DNA of 49,731 bases from an uncultured Mucilaginibacter sp. (lineage in GTDB: Bacteria; Bacteroidota; Bacteroidia; Sphingobacteriales; Sphingobacteriaceae). The notes below the pieces were generated by a model that worked only from the letters and a program-made list of their open reading frames with translations, did not search any database and was not told the DNA's origin. The stretch covers positions 1 to 49,731 of the forward strand of contig CBFGNU010000001.1 in NCBI GenBank assembly GCA_965650195.1. The letters run 5' to 3'. Shown piece after piece: positions 1 through 9,883 of the stretch. Position numbers and translations under genes: made by a program. The stretch's first letter is position 1. Each line of letters starts with the position of its first letter.

Positions 1-34
1 CGGTACCAGCTTACATGTATGGGTGCCGGTGTAA
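1..34 (+). CDS. 3' end of an upstream histidine kinase paralog (partial)
   Basis: Frame 2-34 reads GTSLHVWVPV*, nearly identical to the C-terminus GTSLRVWVPVG* of the kinase at 118-2082. Confidence 0.7.
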   Translation, partial: GTSLHVWVPV

Positions 35-117
35 AATAAATACATCATTTGTAGTATTGATGCGCTGCGTCAATTAGCGTCAATTAGCAGTTATATACCC
101 CAATTAGATAACTGCAA

Positions 118-2082
118 TTGAACCGCTTATTCCTGTTGTTATTATTTGTACCCACCATTGGGCTGGCGCAGCGCAACTATTCTCCGGATAGCTTGCTTGC
201 ACTTTTACCGCGTGCAACCAAGCCCGACACCACAAGGGTTAATCTTTTAAACAAGATTGGAGATCTTTTAACCCACGCACGCGCCAACGAAGGCTTCAAA
301 TATGCCGAAGAGGCAATGATGCTAAGTAGGAAGTTAAATTACAAAGAAGGATTGGCCACTGCTTATTATAACCGGGGCGAGATGTTGCTCAATACCAATA
401 AAATGGACTCGGCCAGGGTTGATTTTGAAACTGCTGTTAAGCTTTACAGAGAACTTAAGAATTTGCGCGGAATGGCGTTGGTATACAATGATATTGGTAC
501 CTTATTGAGAATACAGGGTAAGCAAAGCCGGGCAATAAAATATTTTCAACAGGCTGCCACAATGTTCGAAAAGGTGAATGACCTGGAGGGAAGTTCGGAT
601 TGCCTCACCCTGATTGCCAATAACTTTAACCAGCTTAATAAATTTGATAAGGCACTTGCCACCTATAAAAAAACGTATGCGCTACGTGTGAAGATCAAGA
701 AAATGGCAAAGGCCGCCCAATCACTCGCCGGTATTGGGCTAACTTACAGAAATATGCAGTTGTACGCCAAAGACGATAGGAATTTTAAGTTGGCTATACA
801 ATATATGATGAAAGCCCGCCAGGCATTTATTGAAGATAATCTTAGGTTAAACATCGCGCTTATTGATAAGGAAATAGGCGTAACCTATCTACAGCAATCG
901 CAGTATGATAACGCATTAAATTACTTATTGGAGGCGGAAGAACGGTTTAAGGCACTGGATTATAAAAGAGAATTAGGGGGGCTATACAGGGCTATAGGCC
1001 AAAGCTACCTGTATTTGAAACACTTTCCGAAAGCTAAAGAATATATTGACAGGGCGCTTGAGGCAGCCATTGCCGAGCAATATTTACAACACATTGAAGA
1101 GTCGTATGAATCAATGTATAATTACTATAAGCTAACGGGAAATACCAGATCAGCCCTTACCTATCATGAAAAATGGATGGATGCGAAGGACTCTCTAATT
1201 GAACGCAGTAATTTTGATAAAGTACTGGAAATAACCCAAAAGTATGAGACTGAAAAGAAAGAACAGGAAATTAATATCCTCAATAAAGAGAATACAATCC
1301 AAAAACTTTCAATAGCCAAGCAAAAAACTACTTTGGGGATAGTAATAGGTATATCAGCTGTAGCATTCCTTTTTGCAAGTTTGTTATATAGTCGCGGTAA
1401 GAACAAACAGAAAATACTTTTGCAGGAACACAAATTAGAACAACGTGCGGAGCTGACAAGGGCGGTGATTGAAGCGGAAGAAAAGGAACGGACCAGAATT
1501 GCAAGCGATTTGCACGATGGGGTTGGTCAATTATTCTCTGCTGTTAAAATGAATTTGAATGGCCTTATGGAACGTGTAGATATGCCGCGCGATGAGGACC
1601 GGTTTTTGGCCGAAAAAACCCTGGCTTTGGTTGAAGAAAGTTGTAAAGAGGTGCGATATATATCTCACCAAATGATGCCAAATATGCTGCTACGATCAGG
1701 CATAGCATCTGATGTGAAAAGCTTTATTGAAAAAATTGATTCGGAAAAATTGAAGGTTAAAGTTGAAGCAAATGGCTTTAAAGATAAACTGGAAAGCAAT
1801 GTGGAAATTGTACTTTACCGTGTTATACAGGAGGCGGTTAACAATGTGATTAAACACGCGAAGGCCAGCTTTCTGGATATTAAATTGAACAGGGAAGCCA
1901 CGGGTATAAGCGCGACGGTTACTGATAATGGGGTTGGGTTTAATACGGCATTGATTGATACCTTCGATGGTATCGGGTTAAAAAATATAGCCGCCCGGGT
2001 TGAATATTTAAAGGGAACAGTTAATTATCAATCTGCTCCCGGCGCAGGTACGAGCCTGCGTGTGTGGGTGCCGGTAGGATAG
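118..2082 (+). CDS. TPR-repeat sensor histidine kinase (HisKA_3/HATPase, NarX/UhpB-like)
   Basis: Signal peptide, TPR-like helical repeats, TM helix, ERTRIASDLHDGVGQ H-box, EAVNNVIKHA N-box, DNGVGF and GIGL G-boxes. Confidence 0.93.
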   Translation: MNRLFLLLLFVPTIGLAQRNYSPDSLLALLPRATKPDTTRVNLLNKIGDLLTHARANEGFKYAEEAMMLSRKLNYKEGLATAYYNRGEMLLNTNKMDSARVDFETAVKLYRELKNLRGMALVYNDIGTLLRIQGKQSRAIKYFQQAATMFEKVNDLEGSSDCLTLIANNFNQLNKFDKALATYKKTYALRVKIKKMAKAAQSLAGIGLTYRNMQLYAKDDRNFKLAIQYMMKARQAFIEDNLRLNIALIDKEIGVTYLQQSQYDNALNYLLEAEERFKALDYKRELGGLYRAIGQSYLYLKHFPKAKEYIDRALEAAIAEQYLQHIEESYESMYNYYKLTGNTRSALTYHEKWMDAKDSLIERSNFDKVLEITQKYETEKKEQEINILNKENTIQKLSIAKQKTTLGIVIGISAVAFLFASLLYSRGKNKQKILLQEHKLEQRAELTRAVIEAEEKERTRIASDLHDGVGQLFSAVKMNLNGLMERVDMPRDEDRFLAEKTLALVEESCKEVRYISHQMMPNMLLRSGIASDVKSFIEKIDSEKLKVKVEANGFKDKLESNVEIVLYRVIQEAVNNVIKHAKASFLDIKLNREATGISATVTDNGVGFNTALIDTFDGIGLKNIAARVEYLKGTVNYQSAPGAGTSLRVWVPVG

Positions 2083-2087
2083 CCCTG

Positions 2088-3437
2088 TTATTTGTTCAAA
2101 TGGTTCCACATAATATCGAAGACATCAGTAGGCTGTACGCTTTTAGCCTGGGGCTCATTAGTAATTAAAACAGCCTTATACTCGTCGGCAATATTTGTGC
2201 GTCCATGCGAGCCTTTTATAAGCGTTGCATCAAGCGGTATAACATCCATTACGTACCTGAAACCGGCCAGTTTGCGCAATAATTTATACCCAGCACGGGC
2301 TTTTGATGTCATGAACATTTCAACAGGATCATATCCCGGCTTTTTGTGAATATCCACACAACGGGCATAATCGGGCGCGACAGCATCATCCAGCCAAAAG
2401 TAGTAGGTAAACCAACTGTCCTTGTCGGCCACTACAACCAGGTCGCCGGCGCGTTCGTGGTCTATATGATATTGCTTTTGTGCTTCGCGATCCAATACCA
2501 GCTCAATGCCTTTTACGTTTTTCAGCAACGATTTTACCTTTTCGGTAACAGATGGATCATTAAGATAGATGTGCGCTATCTGGTGGTCTGCTATGGTAAC
2601 AGCTTTTGACGCTGCGGCATCAAGCAGTTCCAGGCCCCGTTCTACACGTATTTGTATCAATCCTTCCTTACGTAGCAAACGATTAAGGTGTATAGGATTG
2701 TTTACCGGAGCAATGCCATACTCAGACAGGATTATAATCTCGGCATTTTTCTTTTGATAAAATTCTACCAGTTGCTCAACCACTTGATCTATCTCGGCCA
2801 ACTCAGTGCTGATCTTTGATAAGTCAGGACCAAACTTTTGCAGGCAATAGTCTAAATGGGGAAGGTAAATAACGGTGAATGTTGGATTATTTAAATCGTC
2901 ATTCAGCATGGACGCATCCGCTATCCATTGTGTTGACTTGATATTGGCACCCGGTCCCCAAAACTGAAACAGAGGGAATTGTCCCAGTTTTTCCTGTAAC
3001 ACATCACGCAGTTCAGCCGGTTGCGAATAGCAGTCAGGCATTTTACGGCCATCGGCTAAGTATTGCGGCCGCGGCGTTACCGAAAAATCAGCAGTGGAAT
3101 ACATGTTGTACCACCAGAACATATTGGCGCTGGTAAATTTAGGGTCTTGCTTTTTAGCTTTATCCCAGATCTTGTCTCCGTTAACCAACTTGTTTGATTG
3201 CTTCCAAAACTTTACTTCCGAATCTTCGCGGTCAAACCAGCCATTGCCTACAATCCCTGTATCAGTTGGCCATTTGCCGGTAAGATAGGTGGATTGTACC
3301 GATGTGGTAACAGCAGGCAACACCGGCTCAATCGTGGTAATGGTTCTTTCCGCAATATATTTTTTTAGGAATGGCGTATGTTCGCCAATTACCGACTTAG
3401 ATAAACCAACAACGTCTATAACAACAGTCTTTTTCAT
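2088..3437 (-). CDS. eboF: EboF, alkaline phosphatase / nucleotide pyrophosphatase superfamily protein
   Basis: VVIDVVGL, PAVTTSVQSTYLTG, YLPHLDY, SEYG, DIHKKPGYDP, KGSHG motifs; last gene of the ebo operon. Confidence 0.9.
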   Translation of the reverse strand: MKKTVVIDVVGLSKSVIGEHTPFLKKYIAERTITTIEPVLPAVTTSVQSTYLTGKWPTDTGIVGNGWFDREDSEVKFWKQSNKLVNGDKIWDKAKKQDPKFTSANMFWWYNMYSTADFSVTPRPQYLADGRKMPDCYSQPAELRDVLQEKLGQFPLFQFWGPGANIKSTQWIADASMLNDDLNNPTFTVIYLPHLDYCLQKFGPDLSKISTELAEIDQVVEQLVEFYQKKNAEIIILSEYGIAPVNNPIHLNRLLRKEGLIQIRVERGLELLDAAASKAVTIADHQIAHIYLNDPSVTEKVKSLLKNVKGIELVLDREAQKQYHIDHERAGDLVVVADKDSWFTYYFWLDDAVAPDYARCVDIHKKPGYDPVEMFMTSKARAGYKLLRKLAGFRYVMDVIPLDATLIKGSHGRTNIADEYKAVLITNEPQAKSVQPTDVFDIMWNHLNK

Positions 3438-3446
3438 AGATTTTAC

Positions 3447-4652
3447 CTATAACACATTCTTAACCCAGTTCAGTTCCCTCGCTATGGAATTATTTATCGG
3501 CAGCTTTTTCTCATCAGGCAATACTCCCCATGTATAAGTTTCCACTTCAAGATGGTTGCTGAACGGTTTATTTTTATTGATTTGCAACACCTCAACAATA
3601 TCGCTCTGCGTTGATTGCAAAAGCCCTAATTCTTCGGTAAAGATAGGCACATGGAAATGCGCGCGCCACTGCTCAACATCCGCATTTTTGCCATTGCTCA
3701 ATGCATCAGGCAAATCGCGATAGCGTAATAGGGCACCGGTTTTTGTTTTAGCAATAACTTGATGCAGGTAAGTGGGTTCGTTAAATTTAGTAAAGGTATC
3801 CAATATTGACTTACGGTTTTTGGTTTCTGCCGGCAAGTCGGCCTTTAATGCCGCACTAATTTGGATCTTGCCCACTTTCAAACCTTTTTCTTCCAGTTCA
3901 TCTATGATCTGCTGATGTGGTTCGTAGCCTATTGCAAAATGGCAAACATCATAACAAAGGCAGATGTGCTTTTTTATCAGTCGCTCGGCTTCCTGCTGCG
4001 ATACACCGAACGTTTCTGCAATAAGCGGCTTGCCCTGCGGTAGTAGCACCTCGGTATACCAGGTGATATACTCAGGGCCATTTTCTAAAATACCATCAGG
4101 CTCTGGCTCTATATCCAAATGCATATAAATACCGCTTTGATGATCTATGCTGATCAGCTCTTTGGCCACTTTTAAAATATTGGCTGTCGCCACAGCAGTA
4201 GCTTTTGCCAATAGATCCGGTGTGGTGTGCCAATACCGGTAACTTAAGGGCGAGGTAGATATGCCACCTTCCATCCCTTCGGGCAGTAGTTGCTTCAATA
4301 TGCAAAACATGCGGACGGTATAATCCAGCCGCTCATGTGTGGTCCAGTCGGGCGCATGTACCTGATCCTTAACAACGGCATTATGAAACTCGCCGTAAGG
4401 AAACCCGTTCATGGTGAAAACATACGCACCGTTGCCCACGAGCCATTGTTTAAACTCAGTCAGATTGTCGCCTTGGTGCAGTTCTTCACTTGCTTCGTGA
4501 GAAAGACGCAAACCAATGCCCATTACTTCGTCCGGAGATACCTGCGTTTTTATAGATGGGAAGTTTTGTTGTAAGGCAGCGAAATGCCCTGCCCAGTTCT
4601 CGCCGGGATGAATATTGGTACAATAGGTTAAATGACCCTGCGCTGTTTGCAT
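3447..4652 (-). CDS. eboE: EboE, xylose-isomerase-like TIM barrel protein
   Basis: HLTYCTNIHPG, TMNGFPYG, EPEPDG, CYDVCH, WRAHFHVP, HLEVETYTW motifs; start placed at ATG 4652 (ORF track starts at 4679). Confidence 0.92.
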   Translation of the reverse strand: MQTAQGHLTYCTNIHPGENWAGHFAALQQNFPSIKTQVSPDEVMGIGLRLSHEASEELHQGDNLTEFKQWLVGNGAYVFTMNGFPYGEFHNAVVKDQVHAPDWTTHERLDYTVRMFCILKQLLPEGMEGGISTSPLSYRYWHTTPDLLAKATAVATANILKVAKELISIDHQSGIYMHLDIEPEPDGILENGPEYITWYTEVLLPQGKPLIAETFGVSQQEAERLIKKHICLCYDVCHFAIGYEPHQQIIDELEEKGLKVGKIQISAALKADLPAETKNRKSILDTFTKFNEPTYLHQVIAKTKTGALLRYRDLPDALSNGKNADVEQWRAHFHVPIFTEELGLLQSTQSDIVEVLQINKNKPFSNHLEVETYTWGVLPDEKKLPINNSIARELNWVKNVL

Positions 4653-4697
4653 TGTTTGGTTATAATAAAACCGCTCCAAATAGCTTGGATGAGGTTT

Positions 4698-5864
4698 TTA
4701 TGCCGGGTTTAAATCGGCATATTCATTCTTTAACGCTTCGCCCGCTTTTTTAAGCAGGTTGGTATCTATATCATGCACCTCAAATCCTTCGCCAATTTGC
4801 TTAAGCAGCATAATGGTCAGTTGCCCACCCAGATGCTCTCTAAATTCGTTCAATCCAACTAATATCGGGCTGTCGTCCGAAGAAACCTCCAATAATGGAT
4901 GCGTGATATCAAAACCAATCTTTTTTATAAGCGCGATGGCGCGCTGCGTTTCTGCTGTTGAGATATACCCTGCTAAGTTAGAGTATACCGTATCTAACGC
5001 TATACCCATAGCAACAGCCTCGCCGTGCAGTACCGCGAAATTAGTTAACTGCTCCAATTTATGAGCACTCCAGTGGCCAAAATCCAGCGGGCGTGATGAG
5101 CCTTTTTCAAACGGATCGCCGCTTGCAATGTGGTTAAGGTGCAGCTGTGCGCAGCGTTTTATCAGATACTTCATGGCATCCATGTCGCGGGCAGTTAAAG
5201 CCGCTGCATTTTGCTCCAGCCATTCAAAAAATACAGGGTCCTTTATCAGTGATACCTTAATAGCTTCGGCAATGCCTGATCGCCAATCCCTATCGCCTAA
5301 AGTGAGCAAAAACCTGTCGTCGTTAAATACGGCAATAGGTGGAGCAAACGTGCCCAAAAAGTTTTTCTTGCCAAAAAAGTTAATGCCGTTTTTTACACCA
5401 ACACCCGAGTCATTTTGGGCAAGCACGGTAGTGGGTATACGGATATGTTTTATGCCCCTGTGCGCAATGGCAGCGGCATAACCGGCCATATCCAGCACGG
5501 AGCCGCCACCAATGGCAGCCACGTATGAGTGCCTGTCGATACCGTATTTATTAATGGTATCCAGCAGATTATGAAAATTGTCCTCGTTGTTTTTTACGCT
5601 TTCGCCGCCGGGCACTGAAATCAGCTCGGGAATGAGCTGGGCGCCTTTGTGTATAGAGAAATACCGCCTGATCTTGTCCGCCAGTTCAGGGGTAGCTTTC
5701 ATAACATCCTGGTCAATTACAAAAAGTATTTTTTTTACCGATTCAGACGTTGCATTGTCCAACAAGAAATCGTCAATACATGTATTTGAAAGCTCAAAAA
5801 GACCCGATGTAAAAAAGACCTTGTACTCAAACTTCACACTAAAGGTCTGCTGCAAATATTCCAT
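4698..5864 (-). CDS. eboD: EboD, 3-dehydroquinate-synthase-like sugar phosphate cyclase
   Basis: GGESVK, GGGSVLDMAG, IPTTVLAQNDSGVGVKNG, DFGHWSAH, LHGEAVAMG; lies between eboC and eboE. Confidence 0.88.
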   Translation of the reverse strand: MEYLQQTFSVKFEYKVFFTSGLFELSNTCIDDFLLDNATSESVKKILFVIDQDVMKATPELADKIRRYFSIHKGAQLIPELISVPGGESVKNNEDNFHNLLDTINKYGIDRHSYVAAIGGGSVLDMAGYAAAIAHRGIKHIRIPTTVLAQNDSGVGVKNGINFFGKKNFLGTFAPPIAVFNDDRFLLTLGDRDWRSGIAEAIKVSLIKDPVFFEWLEQNAAALTARDMDAMKYLIKRCAQLHLNHIASGDPFEKGSSRPLDFGHWSAHKLEQLTNFAVLHGEAVAMGIALDTVYSNLAGYISTAETQRAIALIKKIGFDITHPLLEVSSDDSPILVGLNEFREHLGGQLTIMLLKQIGEGFEVHDIDTNLLKKAGEALKNEYADLNPA

Positions 5865-5966
5865 ATAAAAAGCTAATATCTAAAAGAAATTATTAACTCG
5901 GGGTAGCATATCGAAAATTTGACGTAAATATTGAGTTGAAAGGGGCATTTGCCATAAAGTATGGCA

Positions 5967-6872
5967 TCAGGTTACCGCAAACCACTTAGAAAAGCTTATT
6001 GATATGGGCAATAAGCAGGCAATAAATATAGCGGGATAAATGGCGCCGAAAGCCGCGGCCCATGCAGCATCCATCAATATTAAACCAATAACTCCTGCTT
6101 TAACAGCTTTGCCGATATTTTTTCCTGCCGGATCTTTTATCGCGATCCTTAAGGGGCTCAATATCATCCATCCAAACCAGATAAGAAAAAACATGGTGTA
6201 CAACATATTTTGCGGCTGCACGCCTTGATGTGAGGAGAAAAAATGTATGGCAAAAATCACTATCAAATACAGCGAAGCGCCTATATACAGGTTCTTTTTA
6301 TTTCCGCCATGTACCTCGCCACGGCTTATCATGGTGATAGAAAAAATGTAAAGCAGCGGCACGGCAGCCAAGTAATACCATTGTACCAGCGCGTCGGTAA
6401 TAATGCTGATGCCCAGCAGCAGGTTAAGCCCCCGGCAAAGCCCCATATTCAATGGCCCTATAAAGTTATAATGCTTACTTATCCGGTTATACAACAGTGC
6501 AAAAAAGGCTATTAAAACAGCAATTAAACCGGATTGCGGGCTATGCGCATATCCAAAGCCAATGCCCCATAGTAAAAGAAAAATGCCTAAAGCTGTTGCT
6601 TCTCCCGTGCTTATTAAGCCGCTTGGGATGGCGCGTTCAGGGCGCTCAATTTTATCAAGTTCGGCATCAAAAACGTCATTAAACACAATGCCACCTGCAT
6701 AAAGGCCCATTGTTGAAAGGCACAATACAACAATAGGGTAAAAACTATTGGTTACCAATGGCAGGTTGGTAAAGTAGCCTGCAATAGCTATCCCCGCCAG
6801 CACATCCGCAACCGAGGTTACAACGTTGGCCGGCCTCATCAGCCGTAAATAGGTGATAACTTTTGATGCCAT
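5967..6872 (-). CDS. eboC: EboC, UbiA-family prenyltransferase
   Basis: LMRPAN, NDVFDAELDKIERPERAIPSG Asp-rich motif, multiple TM helices, MGLCRGLN. Confidence 0.93.
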   Translation of the reverse strand: MASKVITYLRLMRPANVVTSVADVLAGIAIAGYFTNLPLVTNSFYPIVVLCLSTMGLYAGGIVFNDVFDAELDKIERPERAIPSGLISTGEATALGIFLLLWGIGFGYAHSPQSGLIAVLIAFFALLYNRISKHYNFIGPLNMGLCRGLNLLLGISIITDALVQWYYLAAVPLLYIFSITMISRGEVHGGNKKNLYIGASLYLIVIFAIHFFSSHQGVQPQNMLYTMFFLIWFGWMILSPLRIAIKDPAGKNIGKAVKAGVIGLILMDAAWAAAFGAIYPAIFIACLLPISISFSKWFAVT

Positions 6873-6873
6873 T

Positions 6874-7863
6874 TTAGCTAATAATGATAGAATTTTTGTC
6901 TACGCGCGGTTGCTGGCCCCCGCGGAGTACTGTATTACCCTCAAAACGCTGACTTTGGTCAATAGTGCTGCCACCAGTAGTAAAATCCGCTTCGTTTATC
7001 TGTCCGCTTTGCGCGAACGCGGTTATGGCATTTTGATAGGTGATCAGTCTAATATCTTCATCGCTTATGCCACGGATCTTCATTAAAGCCGCGGTTTTTG
7101 GTACGGCTAACGGATCGCTGATGCCCCAATCTGCGGCTGAGTTTACCATAATGCGCTCAGGGCCGTATTGTTTAGCTATTTCAACCATGCGCTCATTTCC
7201 CATTTTGGTGAACGGATAAATGGTGAAAGCTGCCCAGAAGCCACGGTCAAGTACTTCTTTAACAGTTTCCTCATTATTGTGGTCAACAATTACCATGTAG
7301 GGGTCAAGGCCATGCTCTAAAGCTATGTCCATACTACGGGTAGTGCCGCCTTTTTTATCGCGATGCGGAGTGTGTATCTGTACAGGCAGCCCGGCTTCTT
7401 TAGCCAGTTCAAGCTGCGCCCGGTAATATTTTTCTTCGGCTGCGGTCTGGTCGTCAAAGCCGATCTCTCCTATACCAACAACGCCTTCTTTGTAAACAAA
7501 AAGCGGCAGCATCTCCATTACCTGCTCAGCAAGGGCTTCGTTATTGGCCTCGCGCGAGTTAAGGCCGATAGTGCAATAGTGCTTAATACCGAACTGTGAT
7601 GAACGAAAACGCTCCCAACCAATCAGGCTGCTGTAATAATCGCGAAAGCTATCAAGGCCTGTACGCGGTTGGCCAAGCCAGAAGGCCGGCTCGATCAGGG
7701 CCACTACACCGGCATCGGCCATGGCCTGGTAGTCATCCGTAGTGCGCGATGTCATGTGCACATGCGGATCAAAAAACTTCATACCCTTTATACCGCTCAG
7801 GTCAACCGGGGTGGTGTCTTTATCCTGTGATATCCTGTCTTCAAATGAATGGGTGCAACACAT
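6874..7863 (-). CDS. eboB: EboB, TatD-family hydrolase
   Basis: DPHVHM, GEIGFD, QIHTPH, VDHNNE, NSAADWG metal-binding motifs; ebo context. Confidence 0.92.
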   Translation of the reverse strand: MCCTHSFEDRISQDKDTTPVDLSGIKGMKFFDPHVHMTSRTTDDYQAMADAGVVALIEPAFWLGQPRTGLDSFRDYYSSLIGWERFRSSQFGIKHYCTIGLNSREANNEALAEQVMEMLPLFVYKEGVVGIGEIGFDDQTAAEEKYYRAQLELAKEAGLPVQIHTPHRDKKGGTTRSMDIALEHGLDPYMVIVDHNNEETVKEVLDRGFWAAFTIYPFTKMGNERMVEIAKQYGPERIMVNSAADWGISDPLAVPKTAALMKIRGISDEDIRLITYQNAITAFAQSGQINEADFTTGGSTIDQSQRFEGNTVLRGGQQPRVDKNSIIIS

Positions 7864-7883
7864 AATTTTATCTTTTGGGGATG

Positions 7884-8741
7884 TTAATGCTGATATTCAG
7901 ACATTAAACTGTCCCAAGTTAATTGTTTTTGTTCAATTGCAGCTTTTAGCTGTGGCTCGTTATTTAACAAATCAATCGCGGGCTGATAATTTGAATGCGC
8001 AAGCGCCAACGCTGCCGCTTTTTTATTAATAGTTACCCCGCTTTCAAGAGCCCATTTCACATCCTCAAATAACTTATCATCAATAAAAGGGCCAACTAAA
8101 CGCCACAAAGCAGGGTTTATGTCGCGGCCAGCTGCCCGGCGCTCATGTACGTAATCGCTTATTATATAAGCCAGGCCTTTGTTCGCGCATTGGTCGATGC
8201 CTTCAATTTTTCCGACATCTTTGCCTGTAAAAAAAGCCTTTAATACCAATTGGTTCCAGGCGCTTTGGTCTAAATTTTTCTGCGGATACGGGTTTTGGTA
8301 CATTATGGCTTCCAATACATTGCCAATATTGCTGCGGATACCTTCGGCACAACGCTTAACCCACATTGCGGGATAGGCCAATAAAGGCAATGATGAGTAA
8401 AGCGAAACCAGTTCATTGACTTCGCCGGCCAAAAACAGGTTTTCAATTATGCGGAAATATTCTTCTTTGTTGGTTTCGTCCAAGCTTAGTAAGATCCATG
8501 CGCGGCCAAGCATGTCAACACTCCATCCATTTAAACTAAAGCCGGGGATCAGTGCGTCCAGTTGCTGCGCATCTTCACCGCTAACATTGAGTATAGCCTT
8601 GGCGGTTTTGCGTGGCACCAACACAAAAGCTGTGTTAAAATTGCTTTTTTGCTGCAGCCAGTTTAAAGCATCGGCAGGTACATTGGCCGCTAATATATTT
8701 TTGAATATAGCTTTTACAGCAGTTACATCGTAGCTATACAT
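7884..8741 (-). CDS. eboA: EboA domain protein
   Basis: EGIRSN, NPYP, AWNQLVLKAFF, YVHERRAAGR..LWRLV motifs; first ebo gene. Confidence 0.9.
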   Translation of the reverse strand: MYSYDVTAVKAIFKNILAANVPADALNWLQQKSNFNTAFVLVPRKTAKAILNVSGEDAQQLDALIPGFSLNGWSVDMLGRAWILLSLDETNKEEYFRIIENLFLAGEVNELVSLYSSLPLLAYPAMWVKRCAEGIRSNIGNVLEAIMYQNPYPQKNLDQSAWNQLVLKAFFTGKDVGKIEGIDQCANKGLAYIISDYVHERRAAGRDINPALWRLVGPFIDDKLFEDVKWALESGVTINKKAAALALAHSNYQPAIDLLNNEPQLKAAIEQKQLTWDSLMSEYQH

Positions 8742-8746
8742 AACAG

Positions 8747-9133
8747 TTAAACAAGTCCCACATTTATCACCACAAAATAATCGATAATCAGTGCGGCAGA
8801 TATGATGAGTAACCCAAAAAACTCGCGTGTGTTTTCAATAAAAGGCTTTTCTGCTTTCATCGACTCCACCAAACTGGGAGTGCGATACTTCACTATCCAA
8901 TCGCGAACGCCGTCTTTATCAAAATATAACTTTATAGCATAAATCAGATAAAACGCCGTTAGGCCCAGGTACGCGTTCGGATAATACATACCGTAAGCCG
9001 CAAGCCCACAACAAACCGCCACAGCTACATAAATGGGCACCCATAGGTACCAGTCGGGGTCATTAAAATTTAGGTAAGCAAATACCAGAAAGGAAAGACA
9101 GAAAATAACGTTAACAATAACGAAAGCAATCAT
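8747..9133 (-). CDS. TMEM220-like small membrane protein
   Basis: NFNDPDWYLWVPIY and REFFGL motifs, about 4 hydrophobic segments; 5 nt upstream of eboA. Confidence 0.8.
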   Translation of the reverse strand: MIAFVIVNVIFCLSFLVFAYLNFNDPDWYLWVPIYVAVAVCCGLAAYGMYYPNAYLGLTAFYLIYAIKLYFDKDGVRDWIVKYRTPSLVESMKAEKPFIENTREFFGLLIISAALIIDYFVVINVGLV

Positions 9134-9205
9134 GACGATTATTTTTTAGCAAGAGTTTAATAAACCCACCCTATAACGGATGCGTTTGAGGTTTATTTGA
9201 ATTTT

Positions 9206-9275
9206 TGGGAATACCAGTCAACGTGGTATACCAATAGTCAACGCACAAATTTACAATGATGTGCAGATAATCAAA
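9206..9275 (-). promoter_or_regulatory. Putative ebo operon promoter with TGGTATACCA palindromic operator
   Basis: Minus-strand TAAATTTG (-7, 9246-9253) and TTTG (-33, 9272-9275); palindrome TGGTATACCA at 9224-9233. Confidence 0.5.
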
Positions 9276-9324
9276 GTAAATAACGTAAAAATGAGGATGG
9301 GATTACCGTGATTGTAATCACTTT

Positions 9325-9864
9325 TTAGATAACGAGTTGATAAATACCATTAAGGTTTCTGCCTTGCTCTTTATAATCAAGGCCATAACCCACAACAAAT
9401 TTATCTTCTATTTCAAAGCCAACGTATTTAAGTTCGGCTATATGATATTGTTGCGCAGCCGGTTTAACCAATAGTGCGCACACTATAATAGATGCCGGTT
9501 TTCTTTGTTTAAGATCTTCAATTAAAAAGTTCAGCGTATTGCCGGTATCGCTAATATCTTCTAACAATATTACGTCGCGCCCTTCAATATCAACAGCAAG
9601 ATCAAGGTCGTTGCGCAATTGCCAGGTTGTTTTCATGCCGCCATGATAGGAAGCAACTTTTGTAAAAGACACTTCACATGGCATATTCATCTGCCTAACC
9701 AGATCAGCCATAAACATAAAGCAGCCATTAAGCACACCCACAAACAGGGGCTTCTTGCCTGCATACTCTGTATTTAACGCATCGGCAATAGCCTCAACAC
9801 GATTTTTTATCTCTTCGGCGTCAATAATTAATTTGAATTCAAGATCGGCTACGTTTGTTTTCAT
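9325..9864 (-). CDS. hpt: Hypoxanthine phosphoribosyltransferase
   Basis: VGVLNG, ILLEDISDTGNTL PRPP-binding loop, FVVGYGLDY. Confidence 0.93.
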   Translation of the reverse strand: MKTNVADLEFKLIIDAEEIKNRVEAIADALNTEYAGKKPLFVGVLNGCFMFMADLVRQMNMPCEVSFTKVASYHGGMKTTWQLRNDLDLAVDIEGRDVILLEDISDTGNTLNFLIEDLKQRKPASIIVCALLVKPAAQQYHIAELKYVGFEIEDKFVVGYGLDYKEQGRNLNGIYQLVI

Positions 9865-9883
9865 TCAGTTCAGGTTACCTGCC

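Noticed and set aside
4698..5864. Calling this gene aroB and linking it to aroE
   Set aside because: It is embedded in the ebo operon and has the QNDSGVGVKNG/DFGHWSAH variants I associate with EboD; aroE is 18 kb away in another operon.
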